A stretch of DNA of 64,000 bases from Coriobacteriia bacterium (GTDB lineage Bacteria; Actinomycetota; Coriobacteriia; WRKU01; WQUG01), in the NCBI GenBank assembly GCA_009785705.1, contig WQVS01000001.1:6689-70688 (forward strand), given 5' to 3'. Shown here piece by piece: positions 1 through 9,205 of this stretch. The notes below the pieces were generated by a model. That model saw nothing but the letters and a program-made list of their open reading frames with translations. It ran no database searches and was not told the DNA's origin. Made by a program: the position numbers and the translations under genes. The number at the start of each line of letters is the position of its first letter. The first letter of the stretch is position 1.

Positions 1-618
1 GAGATTAAAGACCTGAACCTTGTGGTTAAAGCAGACGTACAGGGCTCTATCGAGGCTCTGCGTGATGCGCTAGAGAAAATCGACCAGTCAGAGGTGCGCA
101 TTAACATTGTTCACTCTGCCGTTGGTGGTATTACAGAGACTGACATCCAGCTAGCAACCGTGTCTAATGCTATCGTTATCGGGTTCAACGTTCGACCGAC
201 CCCTGGTGCTAAGTCACTAGCTGCTGAAGAAAAGATTGATGTACGCCTGTATCGTGTAATCTATCAGGCAATCGAAGAAATCAATGCAGCACGCGTGGGC
301 ATGCTTGCACCAGAGTTTGTGGAAGAAGACACAGCTCGCATTGAGGTACGTGAGCTCTTCCGCGTTCCAAAGATGGGTGTTATTGCAGGATCTTATGTAC
401 TAGACGGGGAAATCAACCGTGATGATAAGGTTCGTATTGTTCGCGACTCTACCGTTATATTTGAGGGTACAATTGGCTCATTGCGTCGATTTAAAGAAGA
501 CGTTAAGTCAGTGCGTGCAGGATATGAATGTGGTGTAGGCATTGAAGGATTCCAAGACCTAAAGCTAGAAGACATTATCGAAGGATATCGAATAAAAGAA
601 GTTGCTCGAAAGGCATAG
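1..618 (+). CDS. infB: Translation initiation factor IF-2, C-terminal part (5' end is outside the window)
   Basis: The reading frame is open from base 1 in the frame of ORF 22..618. The C-terminal domain sequence is typical of IF-2. Confidence 0.9.
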   Translation, partial: EIKDLNLVVKADVQGSIEALRDALEKIDQSEVRINIVHSAVGGITETDIQLATVSNAIVIGFNVRPTPGAKSLAAEEKIDVRLYRVIYQAIEEINAARVGMLAPEFVEEDTARIEVRELFRVPKMGVIAGSYVLDGEINRDDKVRIVRDSTVIFEGTIGSLRRFKEDVKSVRAGYECGVGIEGFQDLKLEDIIEGYRIKEVARKA

Positions 619-782
619 TGATTGACTAGTTGCTGGAGATATTAGGGGTGACCGCGCGCAGTTCCGCAGGAGCGGGTTTGCGACGAGGATGTTTGAGCAC
701 GACACTCCTACTTGCCTCCAGTTACAGACTCCATTTCAACTACTACCTTAGCTAGAGCAACCAGAAAGAAAGGACAATAACT

Positions 783-1157
783 ATGGCACGTCAAAACTTT
801 AGTCGCAAAAATGATGAGGCAGCACGCGCTGCAGTTGCATTAATTATTGAGCGCGAAATTAGCGATCCGCGTATCTTCATGACCACCGTTACTGGTGTAG
901 AAGTAAGCCCTGATAAGTCAGTGGCACACGTATTTGTGAGCAACGACCCGTCTCGTTATGATGATATGCTGGCAGGTCTAGATTCTGCTAAGGGACGCAT
1001 TCGTTCGCTACTAGGCAAAGCCGTTGGTTGGAGGTCAACTCCTGACCTACAGTTCCATATTGACGAGGCTCTAGACGAAGGTCAGCGCATTGCAGACATC
1101 CTGGCTTCAGCAGACGAACGCCGCGAACAATTCGCCGCAGAAGAATCCGAAGACTAG
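783..1157 (+). CDS. rbfA: Ribosome-binding factor A
   Basis: 124 aa with an RbfA-like sequence. It sits directly downstream of infB, which is the conserved gene order. Confidence 0.9.
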   Translation: MARQNFSRKNDEAARAAVALIIEREISDPRIFMTTVTGVEVSPDKSVAHVFVSNDPSRYDDMLAGLDSAKGRIRSLLGKAVGWRSTPDLQFHIDEALDEGQRIADILASADERREQFAAEESED

Positions 1158-1373
1158 CACATAACGCACCTACGCACTTAGACTCTGCGTTGTTTGAAAA
1201 TATCCATTTGTTTCTGCAGCCTAGTATGTTGCACAATGGATATTTGTAGGACTCCTTGCCTAGCGACTACACTGCGCTTTGCTCGCTAGGATATTTGCGA
1301 GCAATATCCGCTCGCTACGCTGGTGTTGATTTTAAGTGCTAGGAGTATACTGGGCAATTTGAATGTGGATGAC

Positions 1374-2474
1374 ATGAACATTACAAGAAAACAATTAACA
1401 GAAGTGCTTGCAGAAATACCTGTAGGCGCTTGTGTGCTTATCAGTGGACATACGCGTGCTGACGGGGACTCGATAGGTTCTGTCCTTGCTTTGACGCGTG
1501 CTTTTGAATTGCGTGGGATACAGGCAATTCCTCTGCTTGCAGATAATGCTACGCCACCTGCACCCTACCTTTGGATGGCGGGGTGTGAGAAGTTCACCCG
1601 CCCCGAAGAACTGCTACCGGAATCTGCCCAGTCAGAGAGTCCCAGTAACTTCGCCGCAGACGTCTTCATTGCACTGGATACGCCAGACTTTGGACGTCTT
1701 AATAAGGCTGGGGAACTCCTCCGCCAGTCAAATAAATCTATCATCATTGACCACCACCCTCCACTTAAGGAAAGCTATGCCGACTTGCGCTATACGCAGG
1801 TAGAAGCTGCAGCAACAGGTGAGCTTATCTGGGCATTACTGGGAGAAATGAACTGGCAGCGCGATGAAGCCATTGCCACTGCTTGCTACGTTTCCACACT
1901 GAGTGATACGGGCAGTTTCCAGTTCTCCAATACAAGCAAAGAGACTTTTGCCTATACCAGTGAAATGATAGAGGCAGGGGCACAACCAGCAAAGATTGCC
2001 CAGCAACTTTACGGACAAAAGCCTCTGGCAGCCCTGCACTTGGAAGGTCGTATACTTTCACGCGCAAAGCTACTTAATGGGGGAGCAGTCGTCCACTCCT
2101 ACTTATCAGATGCAGACCTGCAAGAATTAGGCGTTCCTGTTGACTATACAGAGAACCTTATTGACCTGATTCGCTGTGTACAAGACACCGATGTAGCGCT
2201 TTTCATTACGCAATCATCGAAGGGACCACGTCTATCACTGCGTAGCGATGGCAAATTTGATGTTTCGGCTGTGGCTCAGCGCTTTGGCGGCGGGGGACAT
2301 AAGCCCGCAGCAGGAATCACCTGGCCAGACAAAACAGCCACCAAAGAACAAATCTTAGATGAACTACTGCCTCATTTGCCTCAAGGTGAAGAAGGGGCTG
2401 AAATGGCGTCCTGTCAAAAGGATTGGAAGCTCGTAAGTTTGCCCGTGACAGAGGATGACACTCTTGAAATATAA
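1374..2474 (+). CDS. DHH-family phosphoesterase (NrnA-like bifunctional oligoribonuclease / pAp phosphatase)
   Basis: Has the DHH motif region (GHTRADGDSIGS) and a DHHA1-like C-terminus (GGGGH). The ORF is open from 1323 (GTG). The in-frame ATG at 1374 is preferred as the start, but the start is uncertain. Confidence 0.7.
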   Translation: MNITRKQLTEVLAEIPVGACVLISGHTRADGDSIGSVLALTRAFELRGIQAIPLLADNATPPAPYLWMAGCEKFTRPEELLPESAQSESPSNFAADVFIALDTPDFGRLNKAGELLRQSNKSIIIDHHPPLKESYADLRYTQVEAAATGELIWALLGEMNWQRDEAIATACYVSTLSDTGSFQFSNTSKETFAYTSEMIEAGAQPAKIAQQLYGQKPLAALHLEGRILSRAKLLNGGAVVHSYLSDADLQELGVPVDYTENLIDLIRCVQDTDVALFITQSSKGPRLSLRSDGKFDVSAVAQRFGGGGHKPAAGITWPDKTATKEQILDELLPHLPQGEEGAEMASCQKDWKLVSLPVTEDDTLEI

Positions 2475-3747
2475 GCGTGGGGGTACGGCTCTTTCGGGTG
2501 TTGTTTTGCTTGATAAACCCCTGGGCTGGACCAGTCATGACTTGGTCAGCAAGCTACGCCACATAACGGGCGAGGGACGTGTTGGACATTGCGGGACCCT
2601 TGATCCGCTGGCATCAGGTCTCATGATATTACTGATAGGGCATGCAACAAGACTCTCAAACGACTTTTTGCTTGAATCAAAAAGTTACCGCGCCCGCATA
2701 AGTTTTGGTTCAGCAACTACTACCGATGACACGCAGGGAGACATAGTCCAGAGCTCCGAAGTTTCGTCCAAGGTATATGACGCAGACTTCGCCAAGAGCA
2801 TACTAAAGGATTTCTTGGGAGAGCTTGACCAAATCCCCCCAGACTTCTCTGCACTTAAAAAGGGCGGAAGGGTTGCTCATCGTGAGGCGCGTAAAGGAAG
2901 ACCGCTTCACATCGAGGCGCGTAAAATCGAAGTACACAGCGCGAAACTTATTGAAATCGATAAAGCCACCCAGTCCTGGGTAGTAGATTTTGATGTCTCA
3001 AAGGGAACTTACATAAGAGCCTTAGCAAGGGACATAGGGCAGGCTTGTGGTACGCATGCTCATTTATGTGAGCTGCGTCGTCTCAGTTCTGGCAGCTTCA
3101 AACTAGAAGATGCTTACAGCATTGCAGATTTAGAGGATGCTTGTAGCCAGACTGCAGGCAAAGAGGACTCATCAGCTATAGCTGACTTCTTTCTGTCACG
3201 CGACATCTTGCTGGAATCGCTTGCTGCTGAAAGGCTTAGTGCAACTTCAGTTGCGGGAAGGCGTGTAGGTCCTTCCGTATTGACTATCGGCGTTTTTGAT
3301 GGAGTACATGAAGGTCATCAGGCCTTGCTCAAGACTGTGGTAAGTCGCGCTAAAGAAAAGAATCTGCTCTCAACAGTCCTGACCTTTGATGCACACCCTC
3401 ATGCAGCGCTTTTTCCCCTTAAGGTTCCGACCTCTCTTATGTCTTTGCAGGAAAAGGTGGCAGCACTAAAGGACGCGGGAATAGATGAGGTCATAGTTTT
3501 ACCCTTTAATCACAAGCTATCCCAAATAAGCGCAGAGGACTTTCTTCTGCAGACACTTCCTGGCTTAGTGCAGGCAGAAGAAATCGTATTGGGAAGCAAT
3601 TTTAGATTTGGCAAGGGTGCAAGCTGTGGCCCTGCGGAGATGCAAGATATTCTGGCTGACACACATATCTCTGTTAGCACAGTAGAATTGAAAAAAGATG
3701 AGTTGGGTATTCCTTATTCATCGACACGACTACGCCAGCGAAGCTAA
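2455..3747 (+). CDS. truB: Fusion protein: tRNA pseudouridine-55 synthase TruB catalytic domain plus FMN adenylyltransferase (RibF N-terminal domain). No riboflavin kinase domain is present.
   Basis: The N-terminus has the TruB motif LLDKPLGWTSHD...GHCGTLDPLASG. The C-terminus has the RibF nucleotidyltransferase motif LTIGVFDGVHEGHQ...FRFG. The ORF stops where the kinase domain would begin. Confidence 0.75.
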   Translation: MTLLKYKRGGTALSGVVLLDKPLGWTSHDLVSKLRHITGEGRVGHCGTLDPLASGLMILLIGHATRLSNDFLLESKSYRARISFGSATTTDDTQGDIVQSSEVSSKVYDADFAKSILKDFLGELDQIPPDFSALKKGGRVAHREARKGRPLHIEARKIEVHSAKLIEIDKATQSWVVDFDVSKGTYIRALARDIGQACGTHAHLCELRRLSSGSFKLEDAYSIADLEDACSQTAGKEDSSAIADFFLSRDILLESLAAERLSATSVAGRRVGPSVLTIGVFDGVHEGHQALLKTVVSRAKEKNLLSTVLTFDAHPHAALFPLKVPTSLMSLQEKVAALKDAGIDEVIVLPFNHKLSQISAEDFLLQTLPGLVQAEEIVLGSNFRFGKGASCGPAEMQDILADTHISVSTVELKKDELGIPYSSTRLRQRS

Positions 3748-3816
3748 TTTATGCTACTATGGCTCATTGTTTCATTCAGATAACAGCTTAGTGTGCAGTA
3801 GAGGTGCTACACATTT

Positions 3817-4332
3817 TTGTCACATACGCAGGCTATAATAAAAGCTAGCCGGATAGTCAACAGCAAGAAGGGTATAAGCAGTATGCTTTTTGGACAGATA
3901 GGATTTCAATGCCCCTATGATGGGCAGGTGCAGGCAGGATTTGACTGCATAGAAGATATGGTGGTTCACGAAGAGGGCAAAACAGAGATTTCTGTGCGCT
4001 GCCCGAAATGTGGAACCTTGGTGCGTATTGCTTCGCAGGCTCCCATTATTCCTCCTAATATAATCGAGCAACTTGCTCAAGAGCTTAGCGTCTCAATGAA
4101 GGATGGAAAGCTGAATTTTTCTGACCTCATGAGTCAAGTTACGGGTAGCTCCACTGCGCTCGGGATTGAATCGGAAGACGACAGCTGCAACAATTGCCAA
4201 AATATTGAAGAATTGGCAGATCGCGAACTGACCCCTAGCGAGGGCAATCAGGTCGAATACTTTGCACGCGAATTGGAAAAAATCGAATCCGTTGATGACT
4301 TCCTCACACGCGTCAACGAAGAAACCAGATAG
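3817..4332 (+). CDS. Hypothetical protein with a zinc-ribbon-like Cys pairs and an acidic C-terminus
   Basis: 171-aa ORF with CPYDG...CIED...CPKCG motifs. It fills the gap between truB and lgt. Confidence 0.4.
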   Translation: MSHTQAIIKASRIVNSKKGISSMLFGQIGFQCPYDGQVQAGFDCIEDMVVHEEGKTEISVRCPKCGTLVRIASQAPIIPPNIIEQLAQELSVSMKDGKLNFSDLMSQVTGSSTALGIESEDDSCNNCQNIEELADRELTPSEGNQVEYFARELEKIESVDDFLTRVNEETR

Positions 4333-4350
4333 GATACGATTTCTAGCATT

Positions 4351-5184
4351 ATGGGAGAAATCCTTCAATCCATACAGTCAATAGACCCTGTAGCTTTTTC
4401 TATTGGTCCCTTTGTAGCTAGATGGTATGGACTTAGTTACCTAGTGGGCTTTATTGCCGCTTCGGGACTTGCCTATCATTTTGCTAAAAAGTGGAAGGTA
4501 GACCTTAGCTTTGATGACTTGCTGACAGTGCTGATTGGCATTTCCCTCGGTGTCATCATTGGTTCTCGTATTGGCTTTGTGCTGTTTTATCAGCCTGCTC
4601 ACTTCTTGGCAAATCCTTTGCAGATTATTGCCTTTTGGGATGGTGGCATTGCGGGCATGTCTTTCCATGGTGGTCTTATCGGTGCCATCATCGGTGCCAT
4701 TATCGCAGCGCGCATTATCAAGATGCCTGCGCTGCGTCTAGGCGACCTTGTCATGATTGGTACCCCAATAGGACTTGGCCTAGGGCGCATGGCAAACTAT
4801 ATTAATGGTGAGCTGTGGGGTAGAGTCACAGAAGTTTCTTGGGGGGTTATCTTTCCTGCAGCAGGACCACTGGCACGTCATCCCTCACAGGTTTACGAAG
4901 CCCTATTGCAGGGGCTACTTATATTTGTTGTACTATTCGTGATTGCACAGATTGCGGCAAAGAAAGGAAAGCCTCCTGCGCAAGGAAGTATCGTCGGTGC
5001 TTTCTTAGTACTTTACGGTGCTGTGCGTATCTTTGCAGAATTCTTCAGAGAACCTGACAGCCAGCTAGGCTTTCTCATAAGTAACTGGTTTACCATGGGT
5101 ATGCTTCTATCGCTCCCTATGGTTCTTGTGGGTGCCTTTCTATTGTGGCGTGCTCGCAAGTCCCAAGCTCAGTCAGAGAAATAA
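4351..5184 (+). CDS. lgt: Prolipoprotein diacylglyceryl transferase
   Basis: Polytopic membrane protein carrying the Lgt signature region (HGGLIGA...GRMANYINGELWG). Confidence 0.9.
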   Translation: MGEILQSIQSIDPVAFSIGPFVARWYGLSYLVGFIAASGLAYHFAKKWKVDLSFDDLLTVLIGISLGVIIGSRIGFVLFYQPAHFLANPLQIIAFWDGGIAGMSFHGGLIGAIIGAIIAARIIKMPALRLGDLVMIGTPIGLGLGRMANYINGELWGRVTEVSWGVIFPAAGPLARHPSQVYEALLQGLLIFVVLFVIAQIAAKKGKPPAQGSIVGAFLVLYGAVRIFAEFFREPDSQLGFLISNWFTMGMLLSLPMVLVGAFLLWRARKSQAQSEK

Positions 5185-5311
5185 TACAAAATTTATCTCA
5201 AATAAACCCTTCTAGTGTGACACTTTAGCAAAATGCAGCTTTTCTGCTTTATACTGGTATGTAATGTAGGTCTGTACCTTTATATATGCTCACAATGCAA
5301 GGAGAAATCAC

Positions 5312-6940
5312 ATGAAAGACTACAGTCAGGTACCTGGTGCTTCGCTGCACCAAAACTCATCCGAATCGTCCCCGGAGATGTTACATGAAACCTTTGAAGT
5401 AGGTGCAGAATTAACGGTAGAACAGCAGACTGCACAAGGGACCGCTTCACAGACAGTAAGCACCACACAAGCACAGACGCCAACAGCACACCCCGACACT
5501 AGCTATCAAGACCCACAACAAACTCAACAGCAAGAACAACAGGTGCATCAGATGGTTTATTCGCCAGAATACTACTATCAGCAGCATCCTTCTCAGATGC
5601 AGCACTATCCTGCAGTTCACACAGCACAGCCACAGCAAGCTCAGGCCTCACAGCAGCAAATGCCTTTGTCTCAGCCCGTACAGCAACAGGCTATGGATGG
5701 TAATGCAGATGACTCAAGCAAGAAGTCAAAGAGGAATCTTTACATTGCGATTGCAGCAGCAGCCCTGCTGGTAGTGTTGGGCAGTGCAAGTGTGCTTGTT
5801 AGCACCCTCGACCTCTTTAGTTCTGGCACTAATCCGATTTCAGCAGGCTCAAACGAGTACACCAGGTCGGCAGAATCTTCACCTACGGCACTAATTGAGT
5901 TGCCAACAAACCTTACCAACCCGTCAGAGGATGAACTATCTGTTCAGGTTGCGCAAAGAGTTTTACCCAGCGTAGTAAGCGTTTCTGGTGCTATGAATAT
6001 GGGTATGGGGATGAGTGCTGGCACGCAAAGTGCAGGTGCTGGTGTTATCTTAAACACTGAAGGTTATATCGTTACCAATAATCACGTAATCGAAAATCTT
6101 GATAACATCACAGTCACTGCTGGGGCACAAACCTATCCTGCTGTACTGGTGGGAGCAGACCCTTCAACTGACCTTGCGGTATTAAAGATTGATTCAACAG
6201 ACGATTTGCCAACGATAGAGTTGGGCACCTCCAGTAACTTACTGGTTGGTCAATATGTCATGGCAGTAGGCTCCCCCTTTGGTCATGAGCAGTCAATCTC
6301 TGCGGGAATTATTTCAGGATTAGGACGCAATAACGTTATTGCAAATCAGACAACTCTTACTGCCTATGTCGACCTGATTCAAACAGATGCCGCCATTAAT
6401 CCTGGAAACTCTGGGGGCGCGCTGGTAGACAAAGAAGGTCGCCTTATTGGTATCAATTCACTTATCAATACATTCTCAGGGTCATCAGCTGGTGTAGGTT
6501 TTGCTATCCCTGTGGACACTGTAATCCATGTAGTAAACCAATTGATAGAATCGGGACACGCTTCCCATGCTTTCTTGGGTGTGGGCACACAAACTATCAC
6601 ACCTGAAATCGCTCAAGCCTACGGACTACCTGTAGATCGCGGGGCAGTAGTAAACAATATTGTAGGAGGCTCACCAGCTGACAGAGCAGGCATCCAAAGG
6701 GGAGACTTCATCTTGCGTATAGGGGACCATGAGATTAGTAGCTCAGAAGATGTGTTTTCAGCAATACGGTCAAATCGGGTGGGAGACAGTGTTGAGGTAG
6801 AGGTTTACCGCAGTGGTGAAAACGAAGTGTTTGAAGCCACTCTGGCATCAGACGACTTTATGAGCAGGGCAGAACCAGAACAACCACAGCAGCAGCAGTC
6901 ACCAACATTGCCCCCAGATCACCCCCTTCTAGGTCCTTAG
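5312..6940 (+). CDS. HtrA/DegP-family trypsin-like serine protease with a C-terminal PDZ domain. It has a Gln-rich low-complexity N-terminus and one TM segment.
   Basis: Contains the S1C motifs TNNHV and GNSGGAL and a PDZ-like C-terminus. A Q-rich tract precedes the TM segment. Confidence 0.85.
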   Translation: MKDYSQVPGASLHQNSSESSPEMLHETFEVGAELTVEQQTAQGTASQTVSTTQAQTPTAHPDTSYQDPQQTQQQEQQVHQMVYSPEYYYQQHPSQMQHYPAVHTAQPQQAQASQQQMPLSQPVQQQAMDGNADDSSKKSKRNLYIAIAAAALLVVLGSASVLVSTLDLFSSGTNPISAGSNEYTRSAESSPTALIELPTNLTNPSEDELSVQVAQRVLPSVVSVSGAMNMGMGMSAGTQSAGAGVILNTEGYIVTNNHVIENLDNITVTAGAQTYPAVLVGADPSTDLAVLKIDSTDDLPTIELGTSSNLLVGQYVMAVGSPFGHEQSISAGIISGLGRNNVIANQTTLTAYVDLIQTDAAINPGNSGGALVDKEGRLIGINSLINTFSGSSAGVGFAIPVDTVIHVVNQLIESGHASHAFLGVGTQTITPEIAQAYGLPVDRGAVVNNIVGGSPADRAGIQRGDFILRIGDHEISSSEDVFSAIRSNRVGDSVEVEVYRSGENEVFEATLASDDFMSRAEPEQPQQQQSPTLPPDHPLLGP

Positions 6941-6941
6941 T

Positions 6942-7427
6942 GTGAAGGTCACCATACTTGCCCTAGGCAAACTAAAAGAAAAATATTGGAAGGAGGCGCT
7001 AGCAGAATATCTGCGGCGCCTCTCTGCCTATGGCAAGGTAGAGCTTATAGAGCTACCGGATTATGGCGCACAAGAGGGCAGCCCTCAGCAAATAGCAGAA
7101 AAAGAAGGTAAAGATATTTTAAAGCGCTTGCAGCAGCTAAGTGCACTAGGGGGCGACACCCACATCATTGCGCTCGATAGCAAGGGTAAGCAGTTAAGTA
7201 GTGAAGATTTATCAAAGCATCTAGACGAATTAAAACTAAGAGGCAAATCAAAGTTAGTATTCATAATAGGAGGTTCACATGGTCTGCCTCCTGAAGTGCT
7301 AAAACAGGCTCATGAATCCCTGTCCTTTGGCAAGCAGACCTGGCCTCATAACATGGCGCGGGTAATGCTGGCAGAGCAAATCTACAGAGCAAATACCATT
7401 TCAAATAATCATCCCTATCATAAATAG
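6942..7427 (+). CDS. rlmH: 23S rRNA (pseudouridine1915-N3)-methyltransferase RlmH
   Basis: 161-aa SPOUT-fold RlmH-like sequence with a GTG start. Confidence 0.85.
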   Translation: MKVTILALGKLKEKYWKEALAEYLRRLSAYGKVELIELPDYGAQEGSPQQIAEKEGKDILKRLQQLSALGGDTHIIALDSKGKQLSSEDLSKHLDELKLRGKSKLVFIIGGSHGLPPEVLKQAHESLSFGKQTWPHNMARVMLAEQIYRANTISNNHPYHK

Positions 7428-7498
7428 CACCCACTTTGTCCTTATTTTTCGCAATAGTTCCGCAAGCTTAGCCCCACGTTTCGCAATATTTCTTAGAA

Positions 7499-7529
7499 CT
7501 CAGCTCCATGTTTTGCTGAGCTTATTTTT
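7499..7529 (+). terminator. Rho-independent terminator downstream of rlmH
   Basis: Stem CTCAGC / GCTGAG with a 10-nt loop, followed by CTTATTTTT. Confidence 0.5.
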
Positions 7530-7624
7530 CGAATAGTTAGCTAATGCAATAGCAGGTGTGCTACTATAACTACTTTCGCTAGATAAAGTGTCTGGCATGA
7601 TTTATCGCAAAAGGAGTGATAACT

Positions 7625-8653
7625 ATGAAGCAAAACATCAAGAAAACGCTACTCATCGCAACGGTCGTAGGTGCTTTCTTTTTTGCTTTCGCGCTCCTGG
7701 GTTGTGATGCAGATACTGAAACTGACGCCAATGGGACAGGCGGCACAAATGGGGACGCTCAGCAGGTATTCCGTATTGGAATCGTACAGCCAATCGAGCA
7801 TCCAGCACTAGACGATGTATATAGGGGCTTCTTAGCTGAACTAGCCGACCAGGGCTACATTGAAGGGGAAAATCTTGAGCTAGACTTCCAGAACGCTCAA
7901 GGCGACAGCGCAACCCTTTCAACTATTGCTGATCGTTTTGTCAATCAAGACAAAGACCTAGTGCTTTCTATTGGTACAGGGCCATCTCAAACTATGGCAG
8001 CAAAAACAACTACTATGCCAATCCTTGGTGCAGCAATCACTAGCTTCACCGTAGCAGAATTGGTTGATAGCAACGAAGTTCCTGGAGGCAACGTCACAGG
8101 AACTAGCGATATGGCACCCGTCGTCAAGCAGACTGAACTGCTGATGGAGCTGTTGCCAGATGCACAAACGGTAGGTTTCATCTACAACTCTAGTGAAGCC
8201 AACTCCGTTGAACAGGTTAGCCTAATCAAAGCAGAGCTAGAAAGTCGCGGTCTTGATACAAGAGAAGTAGCAGTGACCAACACTAATGAAGTTCAGCAAG
8301 CTATGGCTTCTTTGACGCGCGATGTAGATGTTATCTACACGCCAACTGACAATACCATCGCAAGCGCTATGGCAATGGTAGGGGAAATATCTCTAGAGTC
8401 AGGTGTACCTGTGATTCCTGGCGCATCGACTATGGTAGAAGAGGGCGGCCTTGCAACAGCAGGCGTTGACTACTATGAGCTAGGTCGTGTAACAGCACTT
8501 ATGGCGATTGATTTGCTACACGGAGCAGACCCTGCAACCATGCCAGTGCGCATCATGACTGAAGAAAGCACCATCGTAATCAATGGTGAAGTTGCTGAAG
8601 CCCTCGGCATCGAAATTCCAGCAAGCCTGCAAGATTACGTGATTACAGACTAA
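7625..8653 (+). CDS. ABC transporter substrate-binding lipoprotein (PF04392-like ABC_sub_bind family). It is an orphan: no permease or ATPase gene is adjacent.
   Basis: Signal peptide with lipobox LLGC. RBS AAGGAG lies 8 nt upstream of ATG 7625. The family signature is in the N-terminal domain. Confidence 0.7.
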   Translation: MKQNIKKTLLIATVVGAFFFAFALLGCDADTETDANGTGGTNGDAQQVFRIGIVQPIEHPALDDVYRGFLAELADQGYIEGENLELDFQNAQGDSATLSTIADRFVNQDKDLVLSIGTGPSQTMAAKTTTMPILGAAITSFTVAELVDSNEVPGGNVTGTSDMAPVVKQTELLMELLPDAQTVGFIYNSSEANSVEQVSLIKAELESRGLDTREVAVTNTNEVQQAMASLTRDVDVIYTPTDNTIASAMAMVGEISLESGVPVIPGASTMVEEGGLATAGVDYYELGRVTALMAIDLLHGADPATMPVRIMTEESTIVINGEVAEALGIEIPASLQDYVITD

Positions 8654-8869
8654 ACTGTCGTGTAATCCTGTATTATCCCTAAGAACTATTGGCTTTTGCT
8701 AAGCCTTATTTGTGTTAGTCCCAATGCGTTATTTTTAGTTAAACAACTCAGAATCTAAAGAGGTCTGCTCAAAGAAATAAGGGCAGACCTCTTGCGTTGC
8801 GCACAAAGTATGGAGTATCATGTTTTGCAATTGAATAGCTGTTGATGAAGAGGAGTACCTTTTCCAGCG

Positions 8870-9166
8870 CACAAAGAGAGAGCTAGTGATGGTGGGAATC
8901 TGGCAGAGCGGGGAACAGGGAATGGGCTTCTGAAGCATCGCTGCAACGGTTGAAAAGTGTTCTGCTCAGGAGTGCACTCAAGAAAACTTACTAGTGGCGA
9001 CGGAGGTTCCCTCGAAAGCGGAACACAGATATGAAGGGTTAGCTCAAAAAGAGATGTCCGAGTATCTGAGAGTGGGCAGCCAGACATGGGGTCTGGACCG
9101 CCAACAAGGGTGGCACCGCGGGAAGCATTTCTCGTCCCTTACAGAGATGACTGTAGGGGATTTTTC
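8870..9166 (+). promoter_or_regulatory. T-box riboswitch leader (putative Trp specifier) with an intrinsic terminator, controlling trpB
   Basis: Canonical T-box sequence AAGGGTGGCACCGCGGG at 9106-9122. A stem-III-like hairpin CCAGAC/GTCTGG lies at 9080-9096. The terminator hairpin CCCTTACAG/CTGTAGGGG at 9136-9159 is followed by TTTTT. An AGAGAGAG tract at 8875-8882 is consistent with the base of stem I. Confidence 0.6.
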
Positions 9167-9205
9167 AATTTTCCACCGCAGTTTATCTCTGAAAAGGAGT
9201 TTTCG

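Noticed and set aside
8758-8793. 11-bp perfect hairpin (AAGAGGTCTGC / GCAGACCTCTT, 14-nt loop) between the ABC-SBP gene and the T-box leader.
   Set aside because: It has no U-tract on either strand, so it is not a canonical intrinsic terminator. Its function is unclear. It is possibly RNA-processing or a protein site, and was left as a note.
9086-9205. Long N-terminal extension of trpB (ORF starts at 9086).
   Set aside because: The extension overlaps the T-box antiterminator and terminator and has no RBS. ATG 9206 has AAGGAG 6 nt upstream.
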